Assembly: GCA_041747755.1 (NCBI GenBank)
Contig: JBGTEN010000001.1
Span: 668 to 64,667, forward strand
Source: Arenibacter sp.
GTDB taxonomy: Bacteria > Bacteroidota > Bacteroidia > Flavobacteriales > Flavobacteriaceae
Reading direction: 5' to 3'
DNA length: 64,000 bases
The notes under the pieces were generated by a model that was given only the letters and a program-made list of their open reading frames with translations, had not been told where the DNA came from and did not search any database. Position numbers and translations under genes: made by a program. How positions within the stretch are numbered: position 1 is the first letter of the stretch; every line of letters begins with the position of its first letter. Of the stretch, positions 36,738 through 46,844 are shown in pieces.

Positions 36738-39191
36738 TTAATTAACCATAAACAAAGCATTGGCAAAAAACAGTTTCCCATTTTCCCAAAAGCCCCGGAA
36801 CAAGGGATTATCCACCATATAGACCACTTGCCCTCTACCATGCGATTCCACACCAAAAACTAAGGTTTTATCAATTTTTTTACGGGCCTCGCTGCCTGCG
36901 AATCCAGAAACGGGTTTGTTTTGACCCTTTTCTAAATAGGCTACCGTCCCGTATTCCAAAAATTCATAAGCATCATCTCCTAACTTTAAAGTAAAATAAC
37001 TATCGCTGTACCCGTATGCCAAAGGGTGGGTGGGGTCGACTTTTGTTTTAAAAATAGCACCAGTGATGGCATTTTTGATGGATTCTCTTTCATTGAAATC
37101 ATACTTCGTAGGTTGTACCTCACTGCTGTCCTTTTCCACCTCTCTGGCTTTTAAACCAAATCCTTTTTCACCCAAGGTTTCTTTAATAGCGTTCCCCATA
37201 GCAATAAGTTTTCCGCCCTTACTTACCCATTCTTTCAGATCTTTTAGTTGACTCTCACTAAAAAAGTTGGAATAATATCCGTCGGGAAGAATAAATACAT
37301 CGTACTCGGAAAGATTCACTCTTTTTAAATAATCACTATCAATAATAGTTACCGGATAGTACAATTGTTGCTCAAAAAAGTGCCATATTTCACCAAACTG
37401 CAGGGTGCTCGTGGGTTCTCCCGACAAGACTGCAATTTTGGGTTGTTTAATCATTTGAACCGATGAAGACCCAAAGTCTTTCCCGTCTTCTACAAATCCC
37501 GTAGTCGTAGGAAACAGCGATTTATTGTGTTTTGCAGACGCAGCTTTTAAAACAGAAAGAAAGTTTTTATGGTGTTTATTATCTCCGGTGGTAATGATTA
37601 AACTTCCTCTTTCATATTTTTTTCCATCCAGGCTAAATGCCTTTTCTGAATAGCGAACCCGAATATTTTCTTTTAGTAATTCTGCCAGAAAACGGGCATC
37701 TTTCATACTGTTCCAATCCGCCAGAAATGCATAAGAATTGGCGTCTAAATTGGTAGTGGGATTGGCTTCTTTTTGATAGCTCCCGGAAACAACAAGTGCA
37801 TCCGAGGCAACCGCATCCAAACCATAGGCATAGGGTAGGGACCATGCTGTAATATCGTAAGTTAAGGAGTCACTTAATTTGGCATTGGGCTCTAACAATA
37901 CTTTAACCAAGGTGCCCTTTACCTGATCTGTGGAAACGACCAAGCTTTCATTCGTGGCTTTGAAGGTTCCGTTTTTTCCTGAAGTATAATCAAATCCTTT
38001 AATATTAGTGGCATTTGACGACCCGTAGGTAATTTCATGCTGGTCTAATAATTGGGTCAATGCTTCAATTTTATCCGGATTCCCTGAGAGTACATAACTC
38101 TTTTGTCGGTTACTTTTATTACTGTAGAACTTTTTAAACTCATCATTTAGTTTTGAAGCATTTTTCGAGGAGACCTCTACTGTAGAAAGTCCTGTTGTGT
38201 GATGATGTGCAATACGATCTTTTAAAGTTAAGGTGTCGCCTATGGCAGTGATAATCCCCAGACCAGCTCTGCCACTACCGCCTTGCTCATACGTCATTCC
38301 AATACCGCCATTGTAAGTAGGGTAGGTATCCCCATAGCTGGGATACAGTAAATCGAATACTTCTTTTGTGAAATAGAACCATCCGTTGGCATCAAAATAT
38401 TTAGCGTGATTTTTCCCGATTTCGACCTGAAAACTTCTTTGAAAATCGGTGATTACTTCATGGAAGGGTTCTGCTGCCGGAGCAAAATAGTAAGGATTAT
38501 TCACCCCTTGTTCATGAAAATCCACATGAACGTGGGGCAACCATTGGTTAAATATTTTTAAACGTTGTTGACTCTCAATTTGAGTTAACCAGGCCCAATC
38601 CCTGTTTAAGTCGAACATATAGTGATTGGAACGTCCGCTCCACCAACCTTCATGATGCTCTTTGCTGTTGGGATCCACATTATTGGGGGTATTCTTGTAT
38701 TGATTATACCAATTGGAGTAGCGATCTCGTCCGTCCGGATTAATACAAGGATCAATAATAACTACAGTATTTTCCAGATAATCCGCTTTCTTGGTAAGCA
38801 ATTCATAAATCGTTTGCATGGAGGCCTCAGTGCTCACACTTTCGTTACCATGCACATTATAACTTAACCAAACTATTGCTTTTTCTGCATTTCCTCTTCC
38901 GGAAGTACTTTCCAAATGGGCTGTACGGATACTTTCCAAATTCTGCATATTTGTGGCTGAGGAAACGTAAGCAAGTATAAGAGGTCTTCTTTCATTGGTT
39001 TTTCCATATTCCAAAAGCTTTACCCTGTCGGATACTGTCTCGGCAATATGCTGATAGTAGGCCACAACTTCATGATGTCTTGTAAATTGAGTTCCCAATT
39101 CATACCCGAGGAATTCAGAAGGAGATTGTAATTTTTGTGCGATAGATACATTCACGAAAAGTAAAGCAAAAAGGGGTAAAAAGTATTTCAT
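36738..39191 (-). CDS. secreted M14-family zinc carboxypeptidase (paralog of 15136..17664)
   Basis: Signal peptide; HGNE, DFHEQG, MTYEQGG. Same overall architecture and length as the other copy; the N-terminal stretch I hand-aligned looked roughly 40% identical. Confidence 0.85.
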   Translation of the reverse strand: MKYFLPLFALLFVNVSIAQKLQSPSEFLGYELGTQFTRHHEVVAYYQHIAETVSDRVKLLEYGKTNERRPLILAYVSSATNMQNLESIRTAHLESTSGRGNAEKAIVWLSYNVHGNESVSTEASMQTIYELLTKKADYLENTVVIIDPCINPDGRDRYSNWYNQYKNTPNNVDPNSKEHHEGWWSGRSNHYMFDLNRDWAWLTQIESQQRLKIFNQWLPHVHVDFHEQGVNNPYYFAPAAEPFHEVITDFQRSFQVEIGKNHAKYFDANGWFYFTKEVFDLLYPSYGDTYPTYNGGIGMTYEQGGSGRAGLGIITAIGDTLTLKDRIAHHHTTGLSTVEVSSKNASKLNDEFKKFYSNKSNRQKSYVLSGNPDKIEALTQLLDQHEITYGSSNATNIKGFDYTSGKNGTFKATNESLVVSTDQVKGTLVKVLLEPNAKLSDSLTYDITAWSLPYAYGLDAVASDALVVSGSYQKEANPTTNLDANSYAFLADWNSMKDARFLAELLKENIRVRYSEKAFSLDGKKYERGSLIITTGDNKHHKNFLSVLKAASAKHNKSLFPTTTGFVEDGKDFGSSSVQMIKQPKIAVLSGEPTSTLQFGEIWHFFEQQLYYPVTIIDSDYLKRVNLSEYDVFILPDGYYSNFFSESQLKDLKEWVSKGGKLIAMGNAIKETLGEKGFGLKAREVEKDSSEVQPTKYDFNERESIKNAITGAIFKTKVDPTHPLAYGYSDSYFTLKLGDDAYEFLEYGTVAYLEKGQNKPVSGFAGSEARKKIDKTLVFGVESHGRGQVVYMVDNPLFRGFWENGKLFFANALFMVN

Positions 39192-39367
39192 TTTTCAGGT
39201 TTAGCGATTTGATTTCAAATCTAGGAATATTTAAGGAATTGCAGGTATATTATTATTTGGTATCTTCGCAGGGCTTGCTTAAAATGATAGACGAGCACTT
39301 CTTAACGTATTTTTAGGAAAAGGAAAACTATGGAAAATTATCTTTACACAGATTTTATGAAACCTCT

Positions 39368-40972
39368 ATGGAAATAGACTGTTTACCTTTTAAAAATACA
39401 GGTTATTTTACTTCTCTGATTTGTGATTATTTGGACCAAAAAGAGGATTTAAAGGACTTCTACAACCGTTTTCCCTCACTTGAAAATTTTAAAGCTCAAA
39501 TAGCAGAAAAGGAGGCTGGTTTTCCACAGGCGAATAGGGAAGTATTGCACACGGTATTGGAAAAGCAGTATTTGGAAATCGAAGTATCAAAAAGCACCAA
39601 AACCAACATTTCCCTGCTAAAATCCGGGAAAACATTTACTGTGGTTACGGGTCATCAGCTTAATCTTTTTACCGGACCTTTATATTTTTTATATAAGATT
39701 ATCTCTACTATTAATCTGACAAAAGAACTTAAAAAGACCTATCCACAATACAATTTTGTTCCTGTTTATTGGATGGCAACAGAGGACCATGACTTTGAAG
39801 AAATCAACTATTTTAATTTTAAAGGGAAGAAAATCCAGTGGAACAAAGAAGTTTCCGGTGCTGTAGGCCCTATTTCTACGGAAGGACTTGAGGCTATTTA
39901 TCAGATCTTTTCGAATGCGATTGGAAACACTAAAAATGCAGCAACCCTAAAAGAGTGGTTTTCAAAATCCTATTTGGAGCATAATAATTTAACCGAAGCT
40001 ACCCGATACTTGGGCAATTTACTTTTTGGAGAACAAGGGTTGGTGATAGTGGATGGGGATGACAAAGATCTAAAGCGTTTACTTATTCCTTTTGTAAAAA
40101 GAGACTTATTAGAACAGATTTCATATAACGAAGTAAACGACACCATAGACCGTTTTACTACATTGGAAGGCAATTATACGCCACAGGTACACCCGAGGGA
40201 AATCAACTATTTTTACTTAAAGGAAGGACTTCGAGAACGTATCATTGAGCAAGATGGAAAGTTCTTTATTCAGGATACGAAACTTGTTTTTTCCAAAGAG
40301 GATATTTTGACAGAATTAGAAAACAATCCGGAGCGTTTTTCTCCGAATGTAATTTGCAGGCCATTATATCAGGAAGTTATACTTCCCAATTTGTGCTATA
40401 TAGGAGGAGGTGGCGAAATAGCGTATTGGCTTTTGCTAAAATCTTTTTTTGATGCTAGTAAGGTACCATTTCCCATATTACTGCTGCGAAATTCAGCTTT
40501 GGTCATTACTGAAAAGCAACAAAAAAAGATTTCGAAATTAAATCTAAAAGTGGCGGATCTTTTTCTAAAGCAGAACAGCCTTATCAATAAGAAAATCAGA
40601 GAAATATCGAATATTGACATTGATTTTTCGCCCCAAAAAAGGTATTTGGAAGAACAATTTGAGGCACTTTATGAGTTGGCAAAGAAGACTGATAAATCCT
40701 TCTTAGGAGCTGTAAAAGCGCAGGAAGTGAAACAGTTGAAGGGTCTGGATGCCTTAGAGAAACGCTTGCTGCAAGCACAAAAGAAAAAGCTGGAAGATCA
40801 TGTGCTCCGGATTACCGAAATTCAGAATATACTTTTCCCTAGTAGGTCATTGCAAGAACGAAATCTTAACTTTTCTGAACTATACTTGGAATATGGAGAG
40901 GAATTAATTCCCTCTTTGCTAGCTGCGCTAGATCCACTTACAAAGGAATTCACCGTTCTGATAAGCAAGTAA
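39368..40972 (+). CDS. bshC: bacillithiol biosynthesis cysteine-adding enzyme BshC
   Basis: N-terminus MEIDCLPFKNTGYFTSLICDYL, TGHQLNLFTGPLYFLYKI, WMATEDHDFEEI, GGGGEIAYW. The length (534 aa) fits BshC. Confidence 0.85.
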   Translation: MEIDCLPFKNTGYFTSLICDYLDQKEDLKDFYNRFPSLENFKAQIAEKEAGFPQANREVLHTVLEKQYLEIEVSKSTKTNISLLKSGKTFTVVTGHQLNLFTGPLYFLYKIISTINLTKELKKTYPQYNFVPVYWMATEDHDFEEINYFNFKGKKIQWNKEVSGAVGPISTEGLEAIYQIFSNAIGNTKNAATLKEWFSKSYLEHNNLTEATRYLGNLLFGEQGLVIVDGDDKDLKRLLIPFVKRDLLEQISYNEVNDTIDRFTTLEGNYTPQVHPREINYFYLKEGLRERIIEQDGKFFIQDTKLVFSKEDILTELENNPERFSPNVICRPLYQEVILPNLCYIGGGGEIAYWLLLKSFFDASKVPFPILLLRNSALVITEKQQKKISKLNLKVADLFLKQNSLINKKIREISNIDIDFSPQKRYLEEQFEALYELAKKTDKSFLGAVKAQEVKQLKGLDALEKRLLQAQKKKLEDHVLRITEIQNILFPSRSLQERNLNFSELYLEYGEELIPSLLAALDPLTKEFTVLISK

Positions 40973-40976
40973 TGCT

Positions 40977-42353
40977 ATGGAAGTAAAAGCAGAACGATAT
41001 GGCAAGATATATATGCTGGCCGGTATTAGTTTTGTTGCCATCGTCTGTATTAGTTTAATGAAAGCAGCTCCCGAATTGGAAGATGCGGAACAAGCCTACT
41101 ATTCGCAATGGTGGCGATTGGGTTATGATGACCAACCTCCTTTATATACCTGGATTCAAAATAGTATTAATGCAGTAATCGGTGTTTCCAAATGGTCTTT
41201 TTCGTTATTGAGAGGGTTGCTATTTGGAGGAATTTTATTGTTGCTTTATCGATTTTACATAAATTACTTGGGGGAGCGTAACCGGGCACAACTTGCAGTT
41301 CTGGGGCTCGTTCTAATCCCTGTTTTTATTGATTTTACCTTTAGACGGCTGTCTCATACGACCTTATTATGTGTGATGGTCGTCGCAACCTATTGTATTA
41401 TTCATCAGTTGATTTCTAAAAAAACATTTCAGAATTATATGTTGCTTGGCTTGGTTGTTGGATTGGGAATTTTATCCAAATACAATTATGCCCTGGTGCT
41501 ACTGGCTATTGGGATGTCGCTTTTTGTTGATGCCTCTATAAGGCGTATCCTATTACATCCCTACTTTCTTATTTCCATGATCGTCATGGTAATGATAGTA
41601 AGTCCACATATGTATTGGTTATATGAGAATGTCGGATTCCGGCAAGAGATTCAATCCGGTTTTCAAATGAAAATAGCAAGTGCAAAGGGAAAAGGAATTC
41701 CAATAATTACTCCACTTTTAGCAATGCTGTTGACGTTGCTAAAGCTTTGTGGTTTTCTGGTTTTGTTTGTCCTTGTCTTTTTGAAATTCAAGAAAATGAG
41801 ATACGTCTCAGTTCCCAAAGATTGGCTTTTGAAACTTTTTTTGTCTCAAATCTTAGTTTTGATTTTCTTTTTTGTCATTACAGACGTTAAAAAAGTGGAG
41901 GAGCGATGGCTTTTACCAATTTTCCTTCCTTTTTGGGTTTTGTTGATTCAACGGATTTCCATCGTGAATAACAAACGATGGATCCACACTGGATTTTGTC
42001 TTTTTTTATTTGTAATAGGTATTCAAACCGTTAGAACTCCTGTAGAAAAGTTCTTAAATATCCCTTCTTCTGTTCATTTTAGTTTTGAACCGGTGGCTCA
42101 AAAGCTTATGGAAAGTTATCCCGAAACGCAGTGGATTTTGCCTGATGTTACGTATGCAGGAAGCGTAAGATTAGTGTGTCCAGAAAGAAGAATATTTGCA
42201 AGAGATGATTTTTCTTTACCCGAAGCTCAGTTAAGTGGTAAAGAAATCATTGAGGTAGTTTCAGGAAGGCAGAATCTCAATAATAGGATTATTTTGGATA
42301 GTATTTCAAATTTTGGAATGCAAAAGGAACAGCTTTATTTTGTATCACGTTGA
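40977..42353 (+). CDS. glycosyltransferase family 39 (ArnT/PMT-like) membrane protein
   Basis: EDAEQAYYSQWWRLGYDDQPPLYTWI loop motif and about 10 TM helices. Starts 4 nt after the bshC stop. Confidence 0.72.
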   Translation: MEVKAERYGKIYMLAGISFVAIVCISLMKAAPELEDAEQAYYSQWWRLGYDDQPPLYTWIQNSINAVIGVSKWSFSLLRGLLFGGILLLLYRFYINYLGERNRAQLAVLGLVLIPVFIDFTFRRLSHTTLLCVMVVATYCIIHQLISKKTFQNYMLLGLVVGLGILSKYNYALVLLAIGMSLFVDASIRRILLHPYFLISMIVMVMIVSPHMYWLYENVGFRQEIQSGFQMKIASAKGKGIPIITPLLAMLLTLLKLCGFLVLFVLVFLKFKKMRYVSVPKDWLLKLFLSQILVLIFFFVITDVKKVEERWLLPIFLPFWVLLIQRISIVNNKRWIHTGFCLFLFVIGIQTVRTPVEKFLNIPSSVHFSFEPVAQKLMESYPETQWILPDVTYAGSVRLVCPERRIFARDDFSLPEAQLSGKEIIEVVSGRQNLNNRIILDSISNFGMQKEQLYFVSR

Positions 42354-42482
42354 GTTTTCATTGTTTGGTTATCCAGAGGCAGTTGAAAGAATAGTATCAA
42401 TTGTGAAGCAATACTCTGATTTAGATTTAAAAAACCCTAAAGTATACAATACATTGTAATTCATAGAGACAATGTGCAATAC

Positions 42483-43028
42483 TTAAGGTACCAAAAATTC
42501 ACTTTCCCAACTATCATTTGCTTTTGAAAACCGTACTCTGAGATGATGGGGTCTTTGCAATTTTAAATATTCTATTTTAAAGCAATTTATTTCTACCAAG
42601 CAAAAAAAATCTTCATCCGATAAGTATTCCATATTGTCGGGATTCGTAATTGTGGTACCAGAAGCCTGGTTTGAAGAGTATTCCCTTTTTGCATTAGGGT
42701 GAATGGTTTTCCAGATGGCGTTTTTTGATTCCTCCTCGCTGTTAATTTTGGCATTACCATCAATTTTTAGCTGAATCTGTTTTTCTGGATGATAGAATAG
42801 AAGACAAACTTTTTTATTTTCTTTAATGTGAGTAATTTTTTTGGACCGTTTGTCTGTGTAGAACGTCAATACCAAATCTTCAGAAATATTGCGAAGGACT
42901 ACCGTTCTAAGTCGCGACGTATTATCCAAACCCACTGTACCTAATGTAAAATATCGAAAAGGATGGCCTTTATGCACAACGGCCTTTTGCAATTCATCTT
43001 TTAATTCTTGAAAAATAATTGACTTCAA
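42483..43028 (-). CDS. pyridoxamine 5'-phosphate oxidase-like FMN-binding family protein
   Basis: Split-barrel-like pattern (FRYFTLGTV...RTVVLR...FYTDKRSKK...LLFYHP...QLKIDG), 181 aa. Confidence 0.65.
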   Translation of the reverse strand: MKSIIFQELKDELQKAVVHKGHPFRYFTLGTVGLDNTSRLRTVVLRNISEDLVLTFYTDKRSKKITHIKENKKVCLLFYHPEKQIQLKIDGNAKINSEEESKNAIWKTIHPNAKREYSSNQASGTTITNPDNMEYLSDEDFFCLVEINCFKIEYLKLQRPHHLRVRFSKANDSWESEFLVP

Positions 43029-43175
43029 CTTGAAAATATTTGAAAGTAAAGGTAAAAAATTAAGAAATGGGGTAGGGTATTTTGTTTGTTAGTTGTTTTA
43101 TATAAAAATTGCCATGAAAAGAAAATTTTCATTTTAGGTTAATTTGTTAGGTTGGTTTTAGATTTTGATTAGTAA

Positions 43176-43199
43176 GCCCGGCTGATTACCGGGCTTTTT
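43176..43199. terminator. hairpin immediately downstream of the GH65 stop
   Basis: GCCCGG-CTGATTA-CCGGGC. The T-run is on the plus-strand side and the A-run on the gene side, so functional orientation is ambiguous. Confidence 0.4.
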
Positions 43200-43200
43200 C

Positions 43201-45231
43201 TTATTGTACTTTAAACGTTTTACTTTCAGGACCAACACCTTTTATGGTTAGTGATTTCCAGGACTCTGGTAATACAGGATTTTTTTGAACAATACCCTCT
43301 TTGGTAATTTCTAAACCTCCAAAACCAAAGAGAACCACCTGCAGCATACCACCGGCACCGGTAGCAAAGTAGGGGTTGTCACTGGTTGCGGCCTCGGCCA
43401 ACGCCCCAAAAGGGGGACGTTTGTTAGGTTCATAGCTTCTTTTAAATAAACGGTATGCCTCTTTAGCATCCCCTTGGCGAGCATAGATTACAGCGAAAAC
43501 AGACTGCCCCATAGCAGGACCTTCTTCTGCTAGTTTGGGCTCGTAATATTTTAAGTCTTTTAATACGGTTTCTTTATCGGTAACAATATCTAAAGGATAC
43601 GTAAGCAGGTTTACATCGGCCTGTTTTATACGCTCGCCATTGTATGTTTTGTGCTCCTTTGTTGTTCCGTCCGGAAACTTTAAAATAATAATTTTGGAAG
43701 CAACGGCATTCCAACTTGGATCAGGAGTTTCTCCTATTTCTTGTGCAGCCAAAGTGGCAAATTGCAAAGCTGTAATAGCAGAACCATTGGTAAAAGCATT
43801 ATCATCAACATTCGGAGCAAACTCGTTTGCACCCACTACATTGAGGATACTATAACTACCATCATCATTTTGGGTAGTCCTACTCACCCAATAGTCGGCA
43901 ACTTCTTTCATTAAAGGATATCCGCGTTCTTTTAACCATTCCAAATTCTGAGTTACTCTGTAGTAATTCCAAAAGGCAATAGCTACATCTGCTGTAATGT
44001 GGTGCTCAAAAGTACCTGTTAATGCCCATGCTGGTGTAGCTTCTTCACCGGTATCATCGCTTTCCCATGGAAACATAGCCCCTTTATATCCAAAGTTGAT
44101 GGCTTTTTCTTTGGCCTTTCCTAAACGATCTGATCGGTAATTTACCAGTGAGCGGGCAATATCTTGATTTAATAGAAGTAAGGGAGGAAACATCCATAAC
44201 TCGGTATCCCAGAAAATATGGCCATTGTAATTCTGAGAGGAAAGTCCCATAGGAGCTATGCTTAAATTAGAGTCACCACGCGAAAAGGCATAAAGATGAT
44301 AAAGTGCTAGACGCACATCCAGCTGATCTTTAAGATTGCCTTCAATTTCAATATCCCCCTCCCAAAGTTCAGCCCATAATTTTTTATGCTGACCTAAAAG
44401 TGATTCTCTTGGAGTTAATAAATTAAATATCACAAATCGCTCGGATTCTGTTTGGGGATCTACAAAATCCTGTGTAGTACATTCAGCTCCTGTCCAAGCA
44501 AATTCATAAATTTCTCCTTTTTTTAAATCCTTTTCAAAAGTTAATTGATTGTCATATTCAGATAGTATTTGGTGTATTAATTTAGGTCTTTGATGTTCGC
44601 GAGTTGAGTTTATAGCATGCCAGATAAAGGTAGCGGAAGTGGCTACCGTATGTTTCCCCATTCGGCTTTTGGCTACTGTTTGCAGGATGGGCATTGTAGT
44701 TTCTAAATCCTCTAAAACCCGAAAAGTACTCACAGGTTCTAAATACTCATCTGGGGTGACTATTTTCCCTGTTGCCTTTATAGAAATTGGTTTTGTAGGA
44801 ATAACTTTAATATCCACATATCCAGTATATTGTAAGTTCCTAAGTGTATAAATAGTATAACTAATTTTAGCTTTGTCTTTAAAAGAAAATGTGGTTGTAA
44901 ATGCTGCAGTTTTCATATCCAGAACCTGCTCCCAATCGCTCACATTTTGTTCAGTAATCTGCTCTCCATCAATTGATATATCCAGATTGGCAAAGTTCAT
45001 TCCCAATAATATTTTGCTAACGCCTAAAGGAGATTCTTTGTCATAAACGTTATTCAGAATAATAGACTTGGTTCGGAAGGGTTTGTCTTCTGGAAGTATT
45101 CCAATTCTTCCATTCGCCGTTACAATACCTGTATATTTTGAAACTTTTTTTGTGGCTATTGTCCAGCCATCGGCTTGAGACTGCAAGTTCCAGGCAAAGC
45201 AAAAAATAAGTGCTGTTAGGAGGTACTTCAT
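43201..45231 (-). CDS. secreted glycoside hydrolase family 65 protein
   Basis: Signal peptide. GHIFWDTELWMFPPLLLL ... YR ... GYKGAMFPWESDDTGEEATP is the GH65 catalytic-domain signature. Confidence 0.8.
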   Translation of the reverse strand: MKYLLTALIFCFAWNLQSQADGWTIATKKVSKYTGIVTANGRIGILPEDKPFRTKSIILNNVYDKESPLGVSKILLGMNFANLDISIDGEQITEQNVSDWEQVLDMKTAAFTTTFSFKDKAKISYTIYTLRNLQYTGYVDIKVIPTKPISIKATGKIVTPDEYLEPVSTFRVLEDLETTMPILQTVAKSRMGKHTVATSATFIWHAINSTREHQRPKLIHQILSEYDNQLTFEKDLKKGEIYEFAWTGAECTTQDFVDPQTESERFVIFNLLTPRESLLGQHKKLWAELWEGDIEIEGNLKDQLDVRLALYHLYAFSRGDSNLSIAPMGLSSQNYNGHIFWDTELWMFPPLLLLNQDIARSLVNYRSDRLGKAKEKAINFGYKGAMFPWESDDTGEEATPAWALTGTFEHHITADVAIAFWNYYRVTQNLEWLKERGYPLMKEVADYWVSRTTQNDDGSYSILNVVGANEFAPNVDDNAFTNGSAITALQFATLAAQEIGETPDPSWNAVASKIIILKFPDGTTKEHKTYNGERIKQADVNLLTYPLDIVTDKETVLKDLKYYEPKLAEEGPAMGQSVFAVIYARQGDAKEAYRLFKRSYEPNKRPPFGALAEAATSDNPYFATGAGGMLQVVLFGFGGLEITKEGIVQKNPVLPESWKSLTIKGVGPESKTFKVQ

Positions 45232-45309
45232 GTTTATAAGTTTTAGTTTATTCTTGTAAATATACCTAAAAGATACTTTTCAAAAATTTTCCTTTTACTA
45301 TTTTTGCCC

Positions 45310-46842
45310 ATGCAAAACAACGTCCTTATTCTTGATTTTGGTTCTCAGTATACACAGCTCATTGCCAGACGTGTTCGGGAACTCAATATTTTTTGTGAAA
45401 TAAAACCCTTTAATCATCCTCCTGAAGATTTGTCTTCCTACAAAGCTGTTATTCTGTCCGGTTCTCCGTTTTCTGTTCAGTCCGAAAATGCTTTGCATCC
45501 GAATTTGTCGGAAATACAAGGAAAGAAACCTTTATTGGGAATATGTTATGGTGCGCAGTATTTGGCACATTTTGGTGGAGGTGCCGTAGCTGCTTCCAAT
45601 ACTCGAGAATACGGAAGAGCTAATTTGTCTTTTATTAAAAGTGAAGAAGTTTTTTTTAATGAAGTTTCGGTGGGAAGTCAGGTCTGGATGAGCCATGCAG
45701 ATACAATAAAGGAATTGCCTAAAAACGCTATTCGTCTTGCCAGTACCCATGATGTTGAAAATGCGGCCTATAAATTTGAGGGTGAAGATACCTATGCTAT
45801 TCAGTTTCACCCGGAGGTATATCATAGTACGGATGGTAAGAAAATTCTTGAAAATTTTTTAGTAAAAATTTCGGGAGTTTCGCAAACATGGACCCCAGAC
45901 GCTTTTGTAGAAAGTACTGTGACCGAATTAAAGACTAAATTAGGAAATGACAAGGTGGTTTTGGGATTGTCCGGTGGTGTGGATTCCTCTGTTGCAGCAG
46001 TATTATTGCACAAGGCAATAGGAAAGAATTTATATTGCATTTTTGTTAACAATGGTCTGTTGCGGAAGAATGAATTCAATGACGTGCTTTTACAGTATAA
46101 GTACATGGGGCTTAATGTAAAGGGGGTTGATGCTTCGGCACGTTTTTTGGATGCTTTGGCAGGGGAGAGTGATCCAGAAAAAAAAAGGAAAATTATTGGG
46201 AGGGTTTTTATTGAGGTTTTTGATGATGAGGCACATTTAGTAAAAGATGTAAAGTGGCTGGCTCAGGGAACCATTTATCCTGATGTAATTGAGTCGGTTT
46301 CTGTAAATGGCGGACCTTCAGCAACCATTAAAAGTCATCATAATGTAGGTGGTTTGCCCGATTTTATGAAGCTAAACGTGGTAGAGCCCCTAAAAATGCT
46401 CTTCAAAGATGAAGTTCGCAGAGTTGGAGCTACTTTGGGAATAGACAAGGCTCTTTTGGGAAGACATCCGTTTCCGGGACCTGGATTGGCCATCCGAATT
46501 TTAGGAGATATAACGCCTGAGAAAGTGGCTATTTTACAGGAAGTTGACGCTATTTTTATTAATGGATTAAAAGAGTGGGGACTTTATGATAAGGTTTGGC
46601 AGGCAGGGGCAATGCTGTTACCTGTTAATAGTGTTGGCGTTATGGGTGATGAGCGTACTTATGAAAAATGTGTAGCTTTACGTGCCGTTGAAAGTACCGA
46701 TGGAATGACGGCAGATTGGGTAAATTTACCATATGAGTTTTTGCAAAAAACCTCCAATGATATAATAAATAAGGTTAAGGGCGTTAATAGGGTAGTATAT
46801 GATATAAGCTCAAAACCACCTGCAACTATTGAATGGGAATAA
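45310..46842 (+). CDS. guaA: glutamine-hydrolysing GMP synthase
   Basis: [36 protein letters not shown] (PP-loop), C-terminal PPATIEWE. The tracked start 45304 is a TTG, and ATG 45310 is preferred. Confidence 0.96.
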   Translation: MQNNVLILDFGSQYTQLIARRVRELNIFCEIKPFNHPPEDLSSYKAVILSGSPFSVQSENALHPNLSEIQGKKPLLGICYGAQYLAHFGGGAVAASNTREYGRANLSFIKSEEVFFNEVSVGSQVWMSHADTIKELPKNAIRLASTHDVENAAYKFEGEDTYAIQFHPEVYHSTDGKKILENFLVKISGVSQTWTPDAFVESTVTELKTKLGNDKVVLGLSGGVDSSVAAVLLHKAIGKNLYCIFVNNGLLRKNEFNDVLLQYKYMGLNVKGVDASARFLDALAGESDPEKKRKIIGRVFIEVFDDEAHLVKDVKWLAQGTIYPDVIESVSVNGGPSATIKSHHNVGGLPDFMKLNVVEPLKMLFKDEVRRVGATLGIDKALLGRHPFPGPGLAIRILGDITPEKVAILQEVDAIFINGLKEWGLYDKVWQAGAMLLPVNSVGVMGDERTYEKCVALRAVESTDGMTADWVNLPYEFLQKTSNDIINKVKGVNRVVYDISSKPPATIEWE

Positions 46843-46844
46843 CT

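Noticed and set aside
43108-43135. AT-only hairpin ATGAAAA-GAAAA-TTTTCAT in the PNPOx/GH65 spacer.
   Set aside because: A purely A/T 7-bp stem would have negligible stability, and it is likely incidental in AT-rich promoter DNA.
45232-45309. Possible purine riboswitch upstream of guaA, and a possible cobalamin riboswitch upstream of the adenosyltransferase gene (7313-7525).
   Set aside because: The guaA leader is only about 75 nt, AT-rich and without the conserved purine-aptamer junction. The region upstream of the adenosyltransferase is occupied by a coherent small ORF and lacks a B12-box-like sequence.
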